A stretch of 62,714 bases of DNA from Acidobacteriota bacterium (GCA_021826505.1 JAKAZV010000004.1:1-62714); one strand, 5' to 3'. Positions 51,900 to 61,559 are shown, counted from the first letter of the stretch. Translations and numbers: made by a program. Notes: generated by a model not told the origin, from the sequence alone.

Positions 51900-53249
51900 A
51901 TGGTCCTGTCTCTGGTTGAACCCGCATTTGACTTGCTCGACCGCAGTCTGCTGGGCTCGCCCCGGCGCCGGCTGCGGGTGGCCGGCATGCTGCCGACCAC
52001 CCTGGTGGACCGTTTGCAGCGCGCCAAGCTCCATCGCCTGGTGCGCTATGCCGGCAAACATTCGCCCTTTTATCGCGAGAAGTTCCGCGAGTACGGCATC
52101 AATCCCCGCCACGTATACACGCACGCGGATCTGGGCGATTTTTTTACCACGCCCGAAGATTTGAAATCGCGTCCGGTCGAGGACTTTCTCTGCGCCCGCC
52201 CCGAGGCCGGCTTTGAAACCACCGGCACCAGCCTGGGCGTGAATAAGCGAGTGTATTTTTCCAATCAGGAAATGCTCGACTACGGCCGGGACGGCGCGGC
52301 CGGACTCTACAACCTGGGATTGCGGCGCGAAGACATCGTTCTCGACGGCTTTGATTATTCCTTCTGGAACGCCCCCTTTACCGCCTATTTTTCCCTGCAG
52401 TACATGCGCTGTTTCCACGTCATCGGGGCCTTCATCGAACCCCAGGAGCTTTATGACCGGATGAAGGTGTACCGCCCCAACGTCATTCTCGGCGTGCCCA
52501 CCCATATGGTCCGGGTGACGGAAGTGGCCGAGCGGGAAGGCGTCTGGCCGGTTAAATTTCTTTTGCTGGGCGGAGAAAACCTGAGCGAACGCACGCGCGC
52601 CTACATCGAATCGGTCTGGCGCGGGGCGCGGGTGTTTCTTACCTATGGCCAAACGGAAAATTTTGGCATGACCGGAGTCGAGTGCCCGCAAAAAGGCGGC
52701 TATCATGTCAGCGGCCTGGGCCTGGTTTCGGAAATCATACAACCCGACGAGCAGGGGTACGGCGAATACGTGTACAGCACCCTCGACCGCACGGTCATGC
52801 CCTTCATCCGGTATCGGTCGGCCGACATTACCCGCTGGACCCGCAACGGCGGCTGCACGTGCGGCCTGCGGGTGATGCCGCGGCTCGACAAGATCATCGG
52901 CCGCTGTGATGAGCTGATCAACTGCTCCATGGGCAATATCAGCCCCTACTGGTTTGAGGAAATCCTGCGCGATATTCCCGCCGTGGGCAATGAATGGCAG
53001 GTCAAGGTGCGCCGCGGCGACCGCGACGACATCATTGAATTCCATCTTGAGCTCAATGAATCCGGGGCGGAAGGCGCCGTGCGCGAACAGATCTTCCGCA
53101 ACATCGAAACCCGCTTTCCCGACTGCTGGCGCTATTACACCAAGGGATTTTTCGAGTTTGATTTCCACTTTCATGCCCGGCATACGCTGAGCAATGGCCG
53201 TAAACTGCGGCGGCTGATTGACGCGCGCAAGGACGCCTGGAGCCAATAA
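51900..53249 (+). CDS. PaaK-like adenylate-forming enzyme, paralog 2
   Basis: ETTGTS..NK, YGQTE, MPFIRYRSAD, GRCDE; colinear with paralog 1. Confidence 0.82.
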   Translation: MVLSLVEPAFDLLDRSLLGSPRRRLRVAGMLPTTLVDRLQRAKLHRLVRYAGKHSPFYREKFREYGINPRHVYTHADLGDFFTTPEDLKSRPVEDFLCARPEAGFETTGTSLGVNKRVYFSNQEMLDYGRDGAAGLYNLGLRREDIVLDGFDYSFWNAPFTAYFSLQYMRCFHVIGAFIEPQELYDRMKVYRPNVILGVPTHMVRVTEVAEREGVWPVKFLLLGGENLSERTRAYIESVWRGARVFLTYGQTENFGMTGVECPQKGGYHVSGLGLVSEIIQPDEQGYGEYVYSTLDRTVMPFIRYRSADITRWTRNGGCTCGLRVMPRLDKIIGRCDELINCSMGNISPYWFEEILRDIPAVGNEWQVKVRRGDRDDIIEFHLELNESGAEGAVREQIFRNIETRFPDCWRYYTKGFFEFDFHFHARHTLSNGRKLRRLIDARKDAWSQ

Positions 53250-53315
53250 AGCGCAAGCACCCGCGGAGTGCGCGCGGCCGTTCCGCCTGCATTGAAGACA
53301 CGAGGAGATTTCGGT

Positions 53316-54617
53316 ATGGCATCAAAACTGGCGCTGCTCGGCGGCCCGCGGGAAGTTCCGCAGGCCGCGGAAAAAACTCATTGGCCGGTCATTACCGCGG
53401 AAGACAAAGCGGCGGTGCAAGCCGCACTCGACCGCGGCGTGCTGTGGGCCATGACCACCCCCAGCGGCCTGCATTGTCCCGAGCAGGACGCGCTCGAGCG
53501 CGAATTCGCGGAATTTCTCGGCGTACGCCATGTACTGGCCGTCAATGCCGGCACCGCCGCGCTGCATATGGCGCTGGCGGCGGCCGGAGTTGAGGCCGGC
53601 GATGAGGTCATCACCTCGGCTTTTTCCTTTCTGGCCACGCCCGCGGCCATCCTGCACGCCGGCGCCATCCCGGTATTTGCCGATATCGATCCCCGCACCT
53701 TTAATCTCACTCCCGACGCCATCGCGGAAAAAATCACGCCCCGCACCCGGGCCATTCTCGCCGTGGATATCCATGGCCTGTGCGCAGACTGGAACCCCAT
53801 ACTGGCCCTGGCCCGCAAGCACCATTTAATCGTGCTGGAAGATGCCTGCCAGGCTCCCGGCGCCAGCTACCATGGCCGCCCCGCCGGCAGCTTCGGGCTG
53901 GCCTCCGGCTTCAGCGTCAACGGCACCAAGAATTTTGCCGTAGGCGAGGGCGGTTTTCTGGCCACCAACGATGATGGGATTTACGCCCGCGCCGGATGGA
54001 TCAAGCAGGTTGGGGAAAATTTCCCTTCCGGCCATCCCATCATGAGCCAGCAGAAATACCTGGCCTGGAATTACCGCGTGCAGGAAATGCCCTGCGCTTT
54101 TGCGCGTTCGCAGCTGCGCCGCCTGGCGGGCTATAACGCCACGGCCCGCCGCAACGCCGCCATTCTTGAGACCTATCTGCGGGAGATTCCCGGCCTGCGC
54201 GCGCCCTACGTGCCCGAAGGCTTTGTCTCGGTTTATCACAAATACCGCATCACGCTGGCGCCGGAAGAACTGGAGACCCGCCTGCGCGGCAGCGCGCTGC
54301 GCGACGCCTTCATGGCCGCGCTGGCGGCCGAGGGCGTGGATGTGGATCTGTGGGGCACGGCGCCGCTGGCCGCGCATCCGATGATCGCCGGCCATCACGG
54401 CTTCGGCCACGGTTTTCCCTGGTCACTGCACGGCGCGCCGGAGGCTTACGCCTATCGCGCCGAAGATTATCCGGTCACGCTCGCAATGTTTGCCAATAGT
54501 TTTTGCCTGACCAACGACGAATTTCCCATCTATGCCCAGCCCGAAGCGCTGATGCATGCCTATGGCCGCGCCCTGGCCAAAGTTGCGGCTCATGCCGCGG
54601 AATTGAAAGCCCGCTGA
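53316..54617 (+). CDS. DegT/DnrJ/EryC1/StrS family PLP aminotransferase
   Basis: GTAALH, EDACQA, FSVNGTKN..GEGG (PLP Lys), WNYR; GAGGAG RBS. Confidence 0.9.
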   Translation: MASKLALLGGPREVPQAAEKTHWPVITAEDKAAVQAALDRGVLWAMTTPSGLHCPEQDALEREFAEFLGVRHVLAVNAGTAALHMALAAAGVEAGDEVITSAFSFLATPAAILHAGAIPVFADIDPRTFNLTPDAIAEKITPRTRAILAVDIHGLCADWNPILALARKHHLIVLEDACQAPGASYHGRPAGSFGLASGFSVNGTKNFAVGEGGFLATNDDGIYARAGWIKQVGENFPSGHPIMSQQKYLAWNYRVQEMPCAFARSQLRRLAGYNATARRNAAILETYLREIPGLRAPYVPEGFVSVYHKYRITLAPEELETRLRGSALRDAFMAALAAEGVDVDLWGTAPLAAHPMIAGHHGFGHGFPWSLHGAPEAYAYRAEDYPVTLAMFANSFCLTNDEFPIYAQPEALMHAYGRALAKVAAHAAELKAR

Positions 54618-54922
54618 AGCGTCCCAACCGGTTACGGTCGGTTCCGCCGGCTATTCCGCGGGAATCCACACCTGGCTTGCGGGAATTTCATCCGGCAATA
54701 ACAACGCCACATGCCGATTGCGCCATCCAGGACGCGCGGGGACGGCGTGATCCTAATTTACATACAATAGGCCGCACTGCTCCCTTCCCATTAAAGCCGA
54801 GTTAATGCCGGCATATTATCCCGAATGATGCCGCGCGGGATGGCGCGTTTTTCGGCTGCCGGGCGAGTTTTTACTCTTTATACTACGCCTCGTATTGATG
54901 GCCGTCACATGCGAGGAAACTC

Positions 54923-56866
54923 ATGAGTTCAACTCCCCCTGGAGTGCGGTATTTACGCTGGAGTTCGGCCCTGTTCGCGGTTCTGCTGCTGACCGGGCTG
55001 CTGCCGCTCCTGTTTCCCTATGGCACACAGGCGCAATGGATTCTATTGGTGCACATCGTTATCGGGCTGGCGGTGTTGCTGCCGGTGACGAAGTATTTGT
55101 GGCGGCACCTGCAAGCCGCAAAACAGCATGGGGCGACCCGCTGGTGGGCGCCCGGCTATTGGGGATGGTGGGGCTGGCTGGGCGCGAGCGTGACGGGCGT
55201 GGTGCTGACGGCCTGGGGCTTGTGGGGATCGTTCACTCCCTACACGCTGCACTGGGTGCATATCGGGTTTGGCCTGGGACTGGGATTGCTGGGGCTGTGG
55301 CATGTCATTTACCGGTTAGGCCAAAGCCGTTTTGCCGAGGCGAAATACCGGGCGCTGGCGCAGGCGGGAGTGCTGGTCTGCGTGGTGGTGCTGGGTGGCA
55401 TCGCGGGCATTTGGCTGGCCCGCAGAGGCCACAAACCCGCCAAGACCAGTTTTGAGCCTTCCAACGCGCAAACGGTTACCGGGCGCGCGATTCCGGTGGC
55501 TTTATTGAAGAGCGCGCGCTCCTGCGGACAATGCCACCAGCAGATTTACCGGGAATGGCTGCCCAGCGCGCACCATTATTCCGCCACGGATCCGTTTTAT
55601 GAGGTGGTCAAAGCGAATTTCCTGCGCGCGCGCGGGCCGTCCGCGGCGCAATATTGCGCCGGATGCCATGAGCCAGTGACACTGCTCTCTGGCGAACGCC
55701 TGCACGCGAAAACCACCGGACGGGACGGCGCCGTGGGCAGCAGTTGCGCGTTTTGCCATCTCATTCGCGACATGAAGACGCGCGGCAACGCCAATTACTT
55801 CGTCCATGTGCCGGATCCATACCTATTCGAGTTCTCCCGCAATCCATTCCTGCTGCGGGTTTCGGACCTGCTCATACGGCTGCATCCCCAGCAGCACAAC
55901 TATGACTACAACGTGAAGCCGTCGGAAAGCGCACTGTTTTGCGGGACCTGCCATAAGCAGTACATCAGCAAACGGGTGAATGGCTGGGGGTTCGTGCAGC
56001 TGCAGGACCAGTACGACGACTGGAAAAACGGGCCCTGGCCGTCGCGCGGCCTGAAATGCGAGAGCTGCCATATGCATCGCGTGGCCTCGAATGATCCCGC
56101 CCGCAGCCCGCATGGCTTCATTCGCGACCATCGGATCCTGGCCGCCAACAATTACGCTCCCCTGATGCTGCATCTTCCCGGCGCGCGGCGGCAGGTCCAT
56201 CTGGTGGATCAATGGATGCGGGGCCAGACGGTGATTCCAGCGCTGGCCGGCCGCTGGCCGCGGGGACCGCTGGTGCCTTTGATTCTGCGCGCTGAGGGCA
56301 ACTGGAAACCCGGCGGCATGGCGGCGCTGCGCACCTTGCTGATTAACGCCAAAGTCGGCCATACCTTCCCGGCCGGACCGCTGGATGTGATTGAAGCCTG
56401 GCTGCAAGTATCCGTAACCGACGGGCGTGGACACCAGGTGTTTTCGGTTGGAACCCTGGGGCCGGAAAAGCAAATTGAGGGCAAAACCGTCGAATACCGG
56501 GCGCATCTTCTCGACCGCCATGGCCATTCGGTCTATACGCACAGCCTGTGGAATGTGGTCGGAGCACGGGGCAAGCGGGTGATCATGCCCGGAGGCAGTG
56601 ATACCCACGTGTTCCGGTTTCCCATCCCCGCGCAAAGCCGCGGGCCGCTGGTCTGCCGAGTGCGCTTTCTCTACCGGAAGTTTAATTCGATGACTCAGCG
56701 CCTGCTATTTCCGCCCAATTTTCATCCGCCCATACCGGTGCTGACCATTTCTTCGGCCCGGCTCGTGGTGCCGCTCCAAACGCACGCCATGGCACGGGTT
56801 TTTTCCCCTTCCCATGCCCAGGCCAGCGCCTCGGCCGGTCGCCGGGCCGTAAGCGAGCGGCGATGA
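54923..56866 (+). CDS. Membrane-anchored pentaheme cytochrome c (c554-like) with N-terminal multi-TM domain
   Basis: Five CxxCH motifs (CGQCH, CAGCH, CAFCH, CGTCH, CESCH); about five TM helices with His; GHTFP.G motif. Confidence 0.85.
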   Translation: MSSTPPGVRYLRWSSALFAVLLLTGLLPLLFPYGTQAQWILLVHIVIGLAVLLPVTKYLWRHLQAAKQHGATRWWAPGYWGWWGWLGASVTGVVLTAWGLWGSFTPYTLHWVHIGFGLGLGLLGLWHVIYRLGQSRFAEAKYRALAQAGVLVCVVVLGGIAGIWLARRGHKPAKTSFEPSNAQTVTGRAIPVALLKSARSCGQCHQQIYREWLPSAHHYSATDPFYEVVKANFLRARGPSAAQYCAGCHEPVTLLSGERLHAKTTGRDGAVGSSCAFCHLIRDMKTRGNANYFVHVPDPYLFEFSRNPFLLRVSDLLIRLHPQQHNYDYNVKPSESALFCGTCHKQYISKRVNGWGFVQLQDQYDDWKNGPWPSRGLKCESCHMHRVASNDPARSPHGFIRDHRILAANNYAPLMLHLPGARRQVHLVDQWMRGQTVIPALAGRWPRGPLVPLILRAEGNWKPGGMAALRTLLINAKVGHTFPAGPLDVIEAWLQVSVTDGRGHQVFSVGTLGPEKQIEGKTVEYRAHLLDRHGHSVYTHSLWNVVGARGKRVIMPGGSDTHVFRFPIPAQSRGPLVCRVRFLYRKFNSMTQRLLFPPNFHPPIPVLTISSARLVVPLQTHAMARVFSPSHAQASASAGRRAVSERR

Positions 56867-58599
56867 CCCGGCGGGATTGGCTCTGGCGCGCGACCCTGGC
56901 CGCCGCGGCCGTGGGCGCGGGTTGCCACCGTGCGTCATCCGGACCGGGCGCGGCGGGTTCGCCGCGCCCGGGCACGTCCACGAGCGGGCACACGCTTCAG
57001 CCCGCCGGAGGCGGCGCCTTCCAGTTTGTGGATGCGACGCAGGCCGCGGGATTGCATTTCACGCACTCAGCCGGCGAGCGCACCGGCGTACTGCCGGAAG
57101 ATATGGGATCGGGTCTGGCCTGGGGCGATTATGATAACGACGGCTATCCCGATCTTTATGTGGTGAACCAGACCGGCGCTTATGGCTCTTCCCACATTCA
57201 AGGACCGGGGAACCGTTTGTTTCGCAATCAGCGTGACGGAACTTTCCGGGACGTGACGGACGAGGCCGGGCTGACATTGCATCATTTCGGCATGGGCGCG
57301 TTTTGGGCCGATTATGACAACGATGGCTATCTGGATCTGCTGGTCACCGGCGTGGGCGGCTGCTATTTATATCACAATGAAGGCAACGGCCGGTTCCGCG
57401 ATGTGTCGGCCAGCAGCGGCGTTTTTACCCCCGGCTGGACGAGCGGCGCGGTCTGGTTCGATTTTGACCGGGATGGCTGGCTGGATCTCTATCTGCTGCG
57501 CTATGTGGATTACCCCGCCGATCCGGCTTCGCTCAAATTTCTGCAAGCCAGCCAGCAATATGGATTGACGGTGCCGCCGGCGCTCAACCCGCAATCATTC
57601 ACCGCCCAGCCCAACCGTCTGCTGCGCAATAACCGTGACGGCACTTTCAGTGACGTGACCGCATGGACGGGCATGGCCGACCGCCGGGGACGCAGTTTAA
57701 CCGCCACGGTGTGTGATTTTAATGCCGATGGCTGGCCGGACATTTACGTCGGCAATGACTTGAGCGAAAACCGATTTTATCTCAACCGGCGCGGGCGCTT
57801 TATTGACCGCAGCGCGCAAACCTGGACGGCGGAAAACAAAGGCAGCATGGGTCTCGCGGTGGGCGATTATAACGGCGATGGGGCGCTGGATTTTTTTGTC
57901 GCTCACTGGCTATCGCTGGGCGATTCCCTCTATGAGAACCTGTGGCTGCAGACCGGCGCCAAAGAATTGGCCTTCACCGATGCGGCCGCCGACGTGGGAT
58001 TGGCCTATATTTCCCTGCCCATGGTGGGCTGGGGCTGTTCATTTCTCGATTTTGATAACGATGGCATGCTGGACCTTTTCGTGGTCAATGGCAGCACGCT
58101 GGAAAACCCCCGCCAGCCGGAATTGCTGGCGCCGCAAAAGCCGTTTCTCTTCCGCTTCGATGGGCAAGAGTATCACGATGTCACTGCCACAGCGGCACCG
58201 TCGATCGCCCGGCCATTGAACGCGCGCGGGCTGGCGCTGGCCGATTACGATCGCGATGGCGATCTGGATGCGGCAATATCCAGCAATCGCGGACCTTTAA
58301 TTTTGCTGCGGGCCGAGGGGGCGGAAAAGCGAAACTGGCTGCAGATCGAACTCGAGGGCCGCAAAAGCAACCGCCAGGGCATCGGCGCCCTGGTGCGGGT
58401 TGCAGCGGAAAACCGGAAATGGGTGCAGGCGGTGGGATCCCAAGGCTCGTATCTATCGCAGCATGCCACCGCGCTGCATTTCGGCCTGGGCGAGGCGGCC
58501 AAAGCCGAACGCGTGGAGATTTTATGGCCCAGCGGGCGGCGCCAGATACTCACCGGCGTGGCCGCGCGCCAGCGCCTGAAGATCACGGAAGAAGCCTAG
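56863..58599 (+). CDS. CRTAC1-family FG-GAP/VCBS repeat + ASPIC/UnbV protein, probable Tat lipoprotein
   Basis: TRRDWL twin-arginine and AGC lipobox; repeated D(Y/F)DNDG.DL; SNRQGIGA.V, SYLSQ..LHFGLG, WPSG. Confidence 0.88.
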   Translation: MTRRDWLWRATLAAAAVGAGCHRASSGPGAAGSPRPGTSTSGHTLQPAGGGAFQFVDATQAAGLHFTHSAGERTGVLPEDMGSGLAWGDYDNDGYPDLYVVNQTGAYGSSHIQGPGNRLFRNQRDGTFRDVTDEAGLTLHHFGMGAFWADYDNDGYLDLLVTGVGGCYLYHNEGNGRFRDVSASSGVFTPGWTSGAVWFDFDRDGWLDLYLLRYVDYPADPASLKFLQASQQYGLTVPPALNPQSFTAQPNRLLRNNRDGTFSDVTAWTGMADRRGRSLTATVCDFNADGWPDIYVGNDLSENRFYLNRRGRFIDRSAQTWTAENKGSMGLAVGDYNGDGALDFFVAHWLSLGDSLYENLWLQTGAKELAFTDAAADVGLAYISLPMVGWGCSFLDFDNDGMLDLFVVNGSTLENPRQPELLAPQKPFLFRFDGQEYHDVTATAAPSIARPLNARGLALADYDRDGDLDAAISSNRGPLILLRAEGAEKRNWLQIELEGRKSNRQGIGALVRVAAENRKWVQAVGSQGSYLSQHATALHFGLGEAAKAERVEILWPSGRRQILTGVAARQRLKITEEA

Positions 58600-58699
58600 A
58601 AGCCGAGACAGGAATCGCCCAGGACCCTGGCAGACAGACGATTCAGACTTTCAGCGGGCATTTCTTGCACGCGTTTCAACAGGAATGAAACAATAAAGC

Positions 58700-59410
58700 A
58701 TGCCCGCTCCGCGGCTTGATTGCGCGCCTTTGCTTTCCGGCTGGCCGCCCTTTGCCCAGCTGCCGCCGGCGGAACAGCTTGAGTTGCGCCGCACGGCCCA
58801 CGCTCGCCTTCTGCGCCGTGGCCAGTTCCTCTGGCAACCGGGCGACCGGGCCGGGCATTTTACGCTTATCCACCATGGCTTGATCAAGATCGTGCGGGCG
58901 CGGGCCGATGGGCAGGACGCGATTGTGGGAATTTTTGGCCCGGGGGAAAGCATTGGCGACAGCGCGGTGGTGCAGCAAGCCCCTTATCCCGCGGCGGCGG
59001 TGGTCAGCAGCCGCGGCGCCGCGGTGCTGCAGATTCCCGCCCCCGCGCTGCTGCGCGCCATGCGGCAATCTCCGCCAGTCTCGCTTGCCGTGCAGCAAGT
59101 GCTGCTGGCCCATACCCGGGCCCTGCGGGAAAAAATTGAGATTTTATCCGCCGGCAGCGTGGCCCAGCGCCTGGCCCGGCTGCTGCTGTATTTAGCCGAG
59201 CGCTTCGGCGAGGCGCCGGCCGCGGCGGCATGGCGCATGCCCCTGGCCATTTCGCGCGCCGAGATGGCGGCGCTGGCCGGCACCACGGTGGAAACCACGA
59301 TCCGCATGCTCAGCCGCTGGCGGCGCCAGGGACTGATTGCCCGCGCCCCGGCCGGCGGCATTCTGTTGCCGCGGCCGGAAAGGCTGCGCCAGATGCAGCC
59401 GGAAAGCTGA
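58700..59410 (+). CDS. Crp/Fnr family transcriptional regulator (no FNR cysteine cluster; DNR-like)
   Basis: cNMP-binding fold (G.IKI..GPGESIG), HTH GTTVETTIRMLS. Confidence 0.88.
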   Translation: MPAPRLDCAPLLSGWPPFAQLPPAEQLELRRTAHARLLRRGQFLWQPGDRAGHFTLIHHGLIKIVRARADGQDAIVGIFGPGESIGDSAVVQQAPYPAAAVVSSRGAAVLQIPAPALLRAMRQSPPVSLAVQQVLLAHTRALREKIEILSAGSVAQRLARLLLYLAERFGEAPAAAAWRMPLAISRAEMAALAGTTVETTIRMLSRWRRQGLIARAPAGGILLPRPERLRQMQPES

Positions 59411-59419
59411 TGGAGAGGC

Positions 59420-60547
59420 TCAGGCCGGGCGCTTTTTCGGCTGGCCGATCCAGGCCGATGCCGCCGCGTAGAGAATGAAGCTCAGCAGGGCGGCCGCATT
59501 GAGCAGTCCCGCCCATTTCCAGGCGAATGCGTTGGGATGCCGCGCGAGATCAATCCCAATGCGGCAGATCAGCGTAATCTGCAGCAGCCCGATGGGCAGA
59601 TAAAAACCGCGCCTCCAGGGCAGAACCCGGCCGCTGATGGCGGGAAAAATAATCGGCGCATGGGCAAAAACCATGCTGATGACAAAGCCCAGAAACAGGC
59701 TGTGCAGCATGGCATCATAGCCAAAAATCAGCGAGCCCGCGCGGGTCAGCCATAAATAGCCGCTGACCGCCAGCCAGACATAGCCAATGATCAGGTTCAG
59801 GCCGATATAGCGGGTCAGGCCGGGCCGGCGGAGTAAATGCCAGGCATTATCGAAGAGCAGCAGCCAGAGCGCCATGCCCACCATGCCGATGCCGGCCAGT
59901 TGCATGCCCTGACGGGGAGATTGCGTGGCCAGCCCGAGGGCAATCACGTAAATACCCAGCACCAGATAGGCGCCGGCGCGCCGGCCGCCCGTGCGCGGCC
60001 GCATCCGGCTCAACTCCAGGCGTTCGCCAAAGATGGTCAGGATCAAAAAGCCCGCCCACCAATAAACCATAATCGGGATCATCACCCCATAGGCCCAGAA
60101 GAGGTTGCCAAACAGCAGCGCCAGCGCGCCCAGCGTCATGACCAGGGTGAAATCGGTGAAGCTTCGCGCCAGGATTACGCCATAAATGGCAATGAAACCC
60201 AGGCTGCCCGCCAGCAGCATCACGGCCGCCAGCCGGTCAGCGCCCAATCCCAGCACGATCGCCCCGCCGCCCAGCAGCAGGGGCGCCGCAAAGGCCCAGC
60301 GTTGGCGCACGGCCACCGCGCGTTCCAGTGCAATCAGCGTGCCCAGGAATCCGCAGACCATCAGCGGCCCATGTGCCAGCAGCAAATCCGGCTGCAGCGC
60401 GGGCACCTGCCAGCCCAGGCGTTCGAGCGCGGCCCAGATCCCGAGCAGCAGGGCCGCCAGCCCCAGCCCTCCGCCGATGAAAATCACACGCGGCACCGGG
60501 CGCGGCGTGCTGGTGCGGACGGAGGGTTGGGACTTAGTTTCCGGCAT
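59420..60547 (-). CDS. Multi-pass membrane protein (NnrS/heme-copper-associated-like, function unknown)
   Basis: About 12 TM helices; HGPLMVCGFLGTLIALERAVA, LTIFGERLEL, LHSLFLGFV..HAP. Confidence 0.65.
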   Translation of the reverse strand: MPETKSQPSVRTSTPRPVPRVIFIGGGLGLAALLLGIWAALERLGWQVPALQPDLLLAHGPLMVCGFLGTLIALERAVAVRQRWAFAAPLLLGGGAIVLGLGADRLAAVMLLAGSLGFIAIYGVILARSFTDFTLVMTLGALALLFGNLFWAYGVMIPIMVYWWAGFLILTIFGERLELSRMRPRTGGRRAGAYLVLGIYVIALGLATQSPRQGMQLAGIGMVGMALWLLLFDNAWHLLRRPGLTRYIGLNLIIGYVWLAVSGYLWLTRAGSLIFGYDAMLHSLFLGFVISMVFAHAPIIFPAISGRVLPWRRGFYLPIGLLQITLICRIGIDLARHPNAFAWKWAGLLNAAALLSFILYAAASAWIGQPKKRPA

Positions 60548-60793
60548 TTATTTCTTACCTATTTTGACTCGCCAGACCTCCGGCCCCTGCTCGAGATACT
60601 CCCAGGTAAAGCTTGCCGCGTGTTCAGCCTGAAACTGATAGTGCAACGGCTTGGGGTCGTGATCGTTGACCAGAATAAACGCGCCTCCCGGCGTCAGGGA
60701 AAGAAAACTTTGAAAAATCAGCGGATGCCGCTCGCGCGGCGCCAGATTACGGACATCCAATGTGCTTTGTGAATTCCTGCCGGCTTCTTCCAT
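60548..60793 (-). CDS. DUF2249 domain protein
   Basis: LDVR..P.ERHP.IF, LVNDHDPKPL, W.YLEQGP.VWRV.I. Confidence 0.85.
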   Translation of the reverse strand: MEEAGRNSQSTLDVRNLAPRERHPLIFQSFLSLTPGGAFILVNDHDPKPLHYQFQAEHAASFTWEYLEQGPEVWRVKIGKK

Positions 60794-60842
60794 TTCGGGT
60801 TCATCCTTTCGGGATTAATCATTCAATACCGGCCAAGGCCGG

Positions 60843-61205
60843 TTACGCTTTCCAACCCAGACTTCTGCGCGCCGCCGGCGACATCATCTCCGGCGTCCAG
60901 CGCGGATTCCAGACCAGCTCAATGCGGATCTCGCCGGCTTGCGGCCAGCGCCGCCAGAGCAATTCCTCCGCTTCCCGGGTCATTTCGGCATGCAGCGGAC
61001 AGGCGGCGCTGGTCATGGTCATATGAATGGTGATTTCATTGCCCACCGTCCAGACCTCATAGACCAGCCCAAGGTCCACGATGTTGATACCCAGTTCCGG
61101 ATCTTCCACCTGCAGCAGACATTCCCGCACCTGATCGGGAGTTATCGCGGCCAATGGCGAATGAGCGGAAAGATCGGCTGCAAGCTTGCCGTTTGCCTCA
61201 GTCAT
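60843..61205 (-). CDS. DUF59/SufT-like metal-sulfur cluster assembly factor
   Basis: VEDPELGINIVDLGLVY, MTSAACP, WNPRWTPEMMS. Confidence 0.9.
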   Translation of the reverse strand: MTEANGKLAADLSAHSPLAAITPDQVRECLLQVEDPELGINIVDLGLVYEVWTVGNEITIHMTMTSAACPLHAEMTREAEELLWRRWPQAGEIRIELVWNPRWTPEMMSPAARRSLGWKA

Positions 61206-61480
61206 TTGGGTTTGCTGGTGAGCACCTCATAGTGGGCGGCGTTGATTCCGGCATAATGCGCCCATTTGCCGGGCAGATCGTCGAGGGCAAAAATGGCCGC
61301 CACCGGACAGACCGGAACACAGGCGGCGCAGTCAATGCATTCCTGCGGGTTGATATAGAGCTGGGTTGCGCCCGCGAAATCACTTTCTTTTTTCCCCGGA
61401 TGAATGCAGTCCACCGGGCAGGCATCCACACAGGCCGTATCCTTGACACCAATACAAGGTTCAGCGATCACGTAGGCCAT
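61202..61480 (-). CDS. Dicluster ferredoxin (FdxA-like 7Fe type)
   Basis: C-x7-C-x3-CPVDC and CIDCAAC...CP motifs. Confidence 0.9.
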   Translation of the reverse strand: MAYVIAEPCIGVKDTACVDACPVDCIHPGKKESDFAGATQLYINPQECIDCAACVPVCPVAAIFALDDLPGKWAHYAGINAAHYEVLTSKPK

Positions 61481-61522
61481 GGGTTTCTCCTGTTTCAGCT
61501 TGCGGCTTAGGCGCCGCGATGC

Positions 61523-61540
61523 TTATGACCAGGATCATAA
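61523..61540. promoter_or_regulatory. Crp/Fnr-type palindromic site 1 (ferredoxin-side promoter)
   Basis: TTATGA-ccagga-TCATAA. Confidence 0.7.
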
Positions 61541-61559
61541 ACGCCGGACATTTTTTGAA

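Noticed and set aside
36216-54814. 13-mer ttaatgccggcat shared by two intergenic sites (36216, 54802)
   Set aside because: Only two occurrences and partly self-palindromic; compatible with chance.
56863-58599. Enediyne cluster implied by the UnbV-like domain
   Set aside because: No iterative type I PKSE, thioesterase or UnbL/UnbU; the domain is widespread outside enediyne loci.
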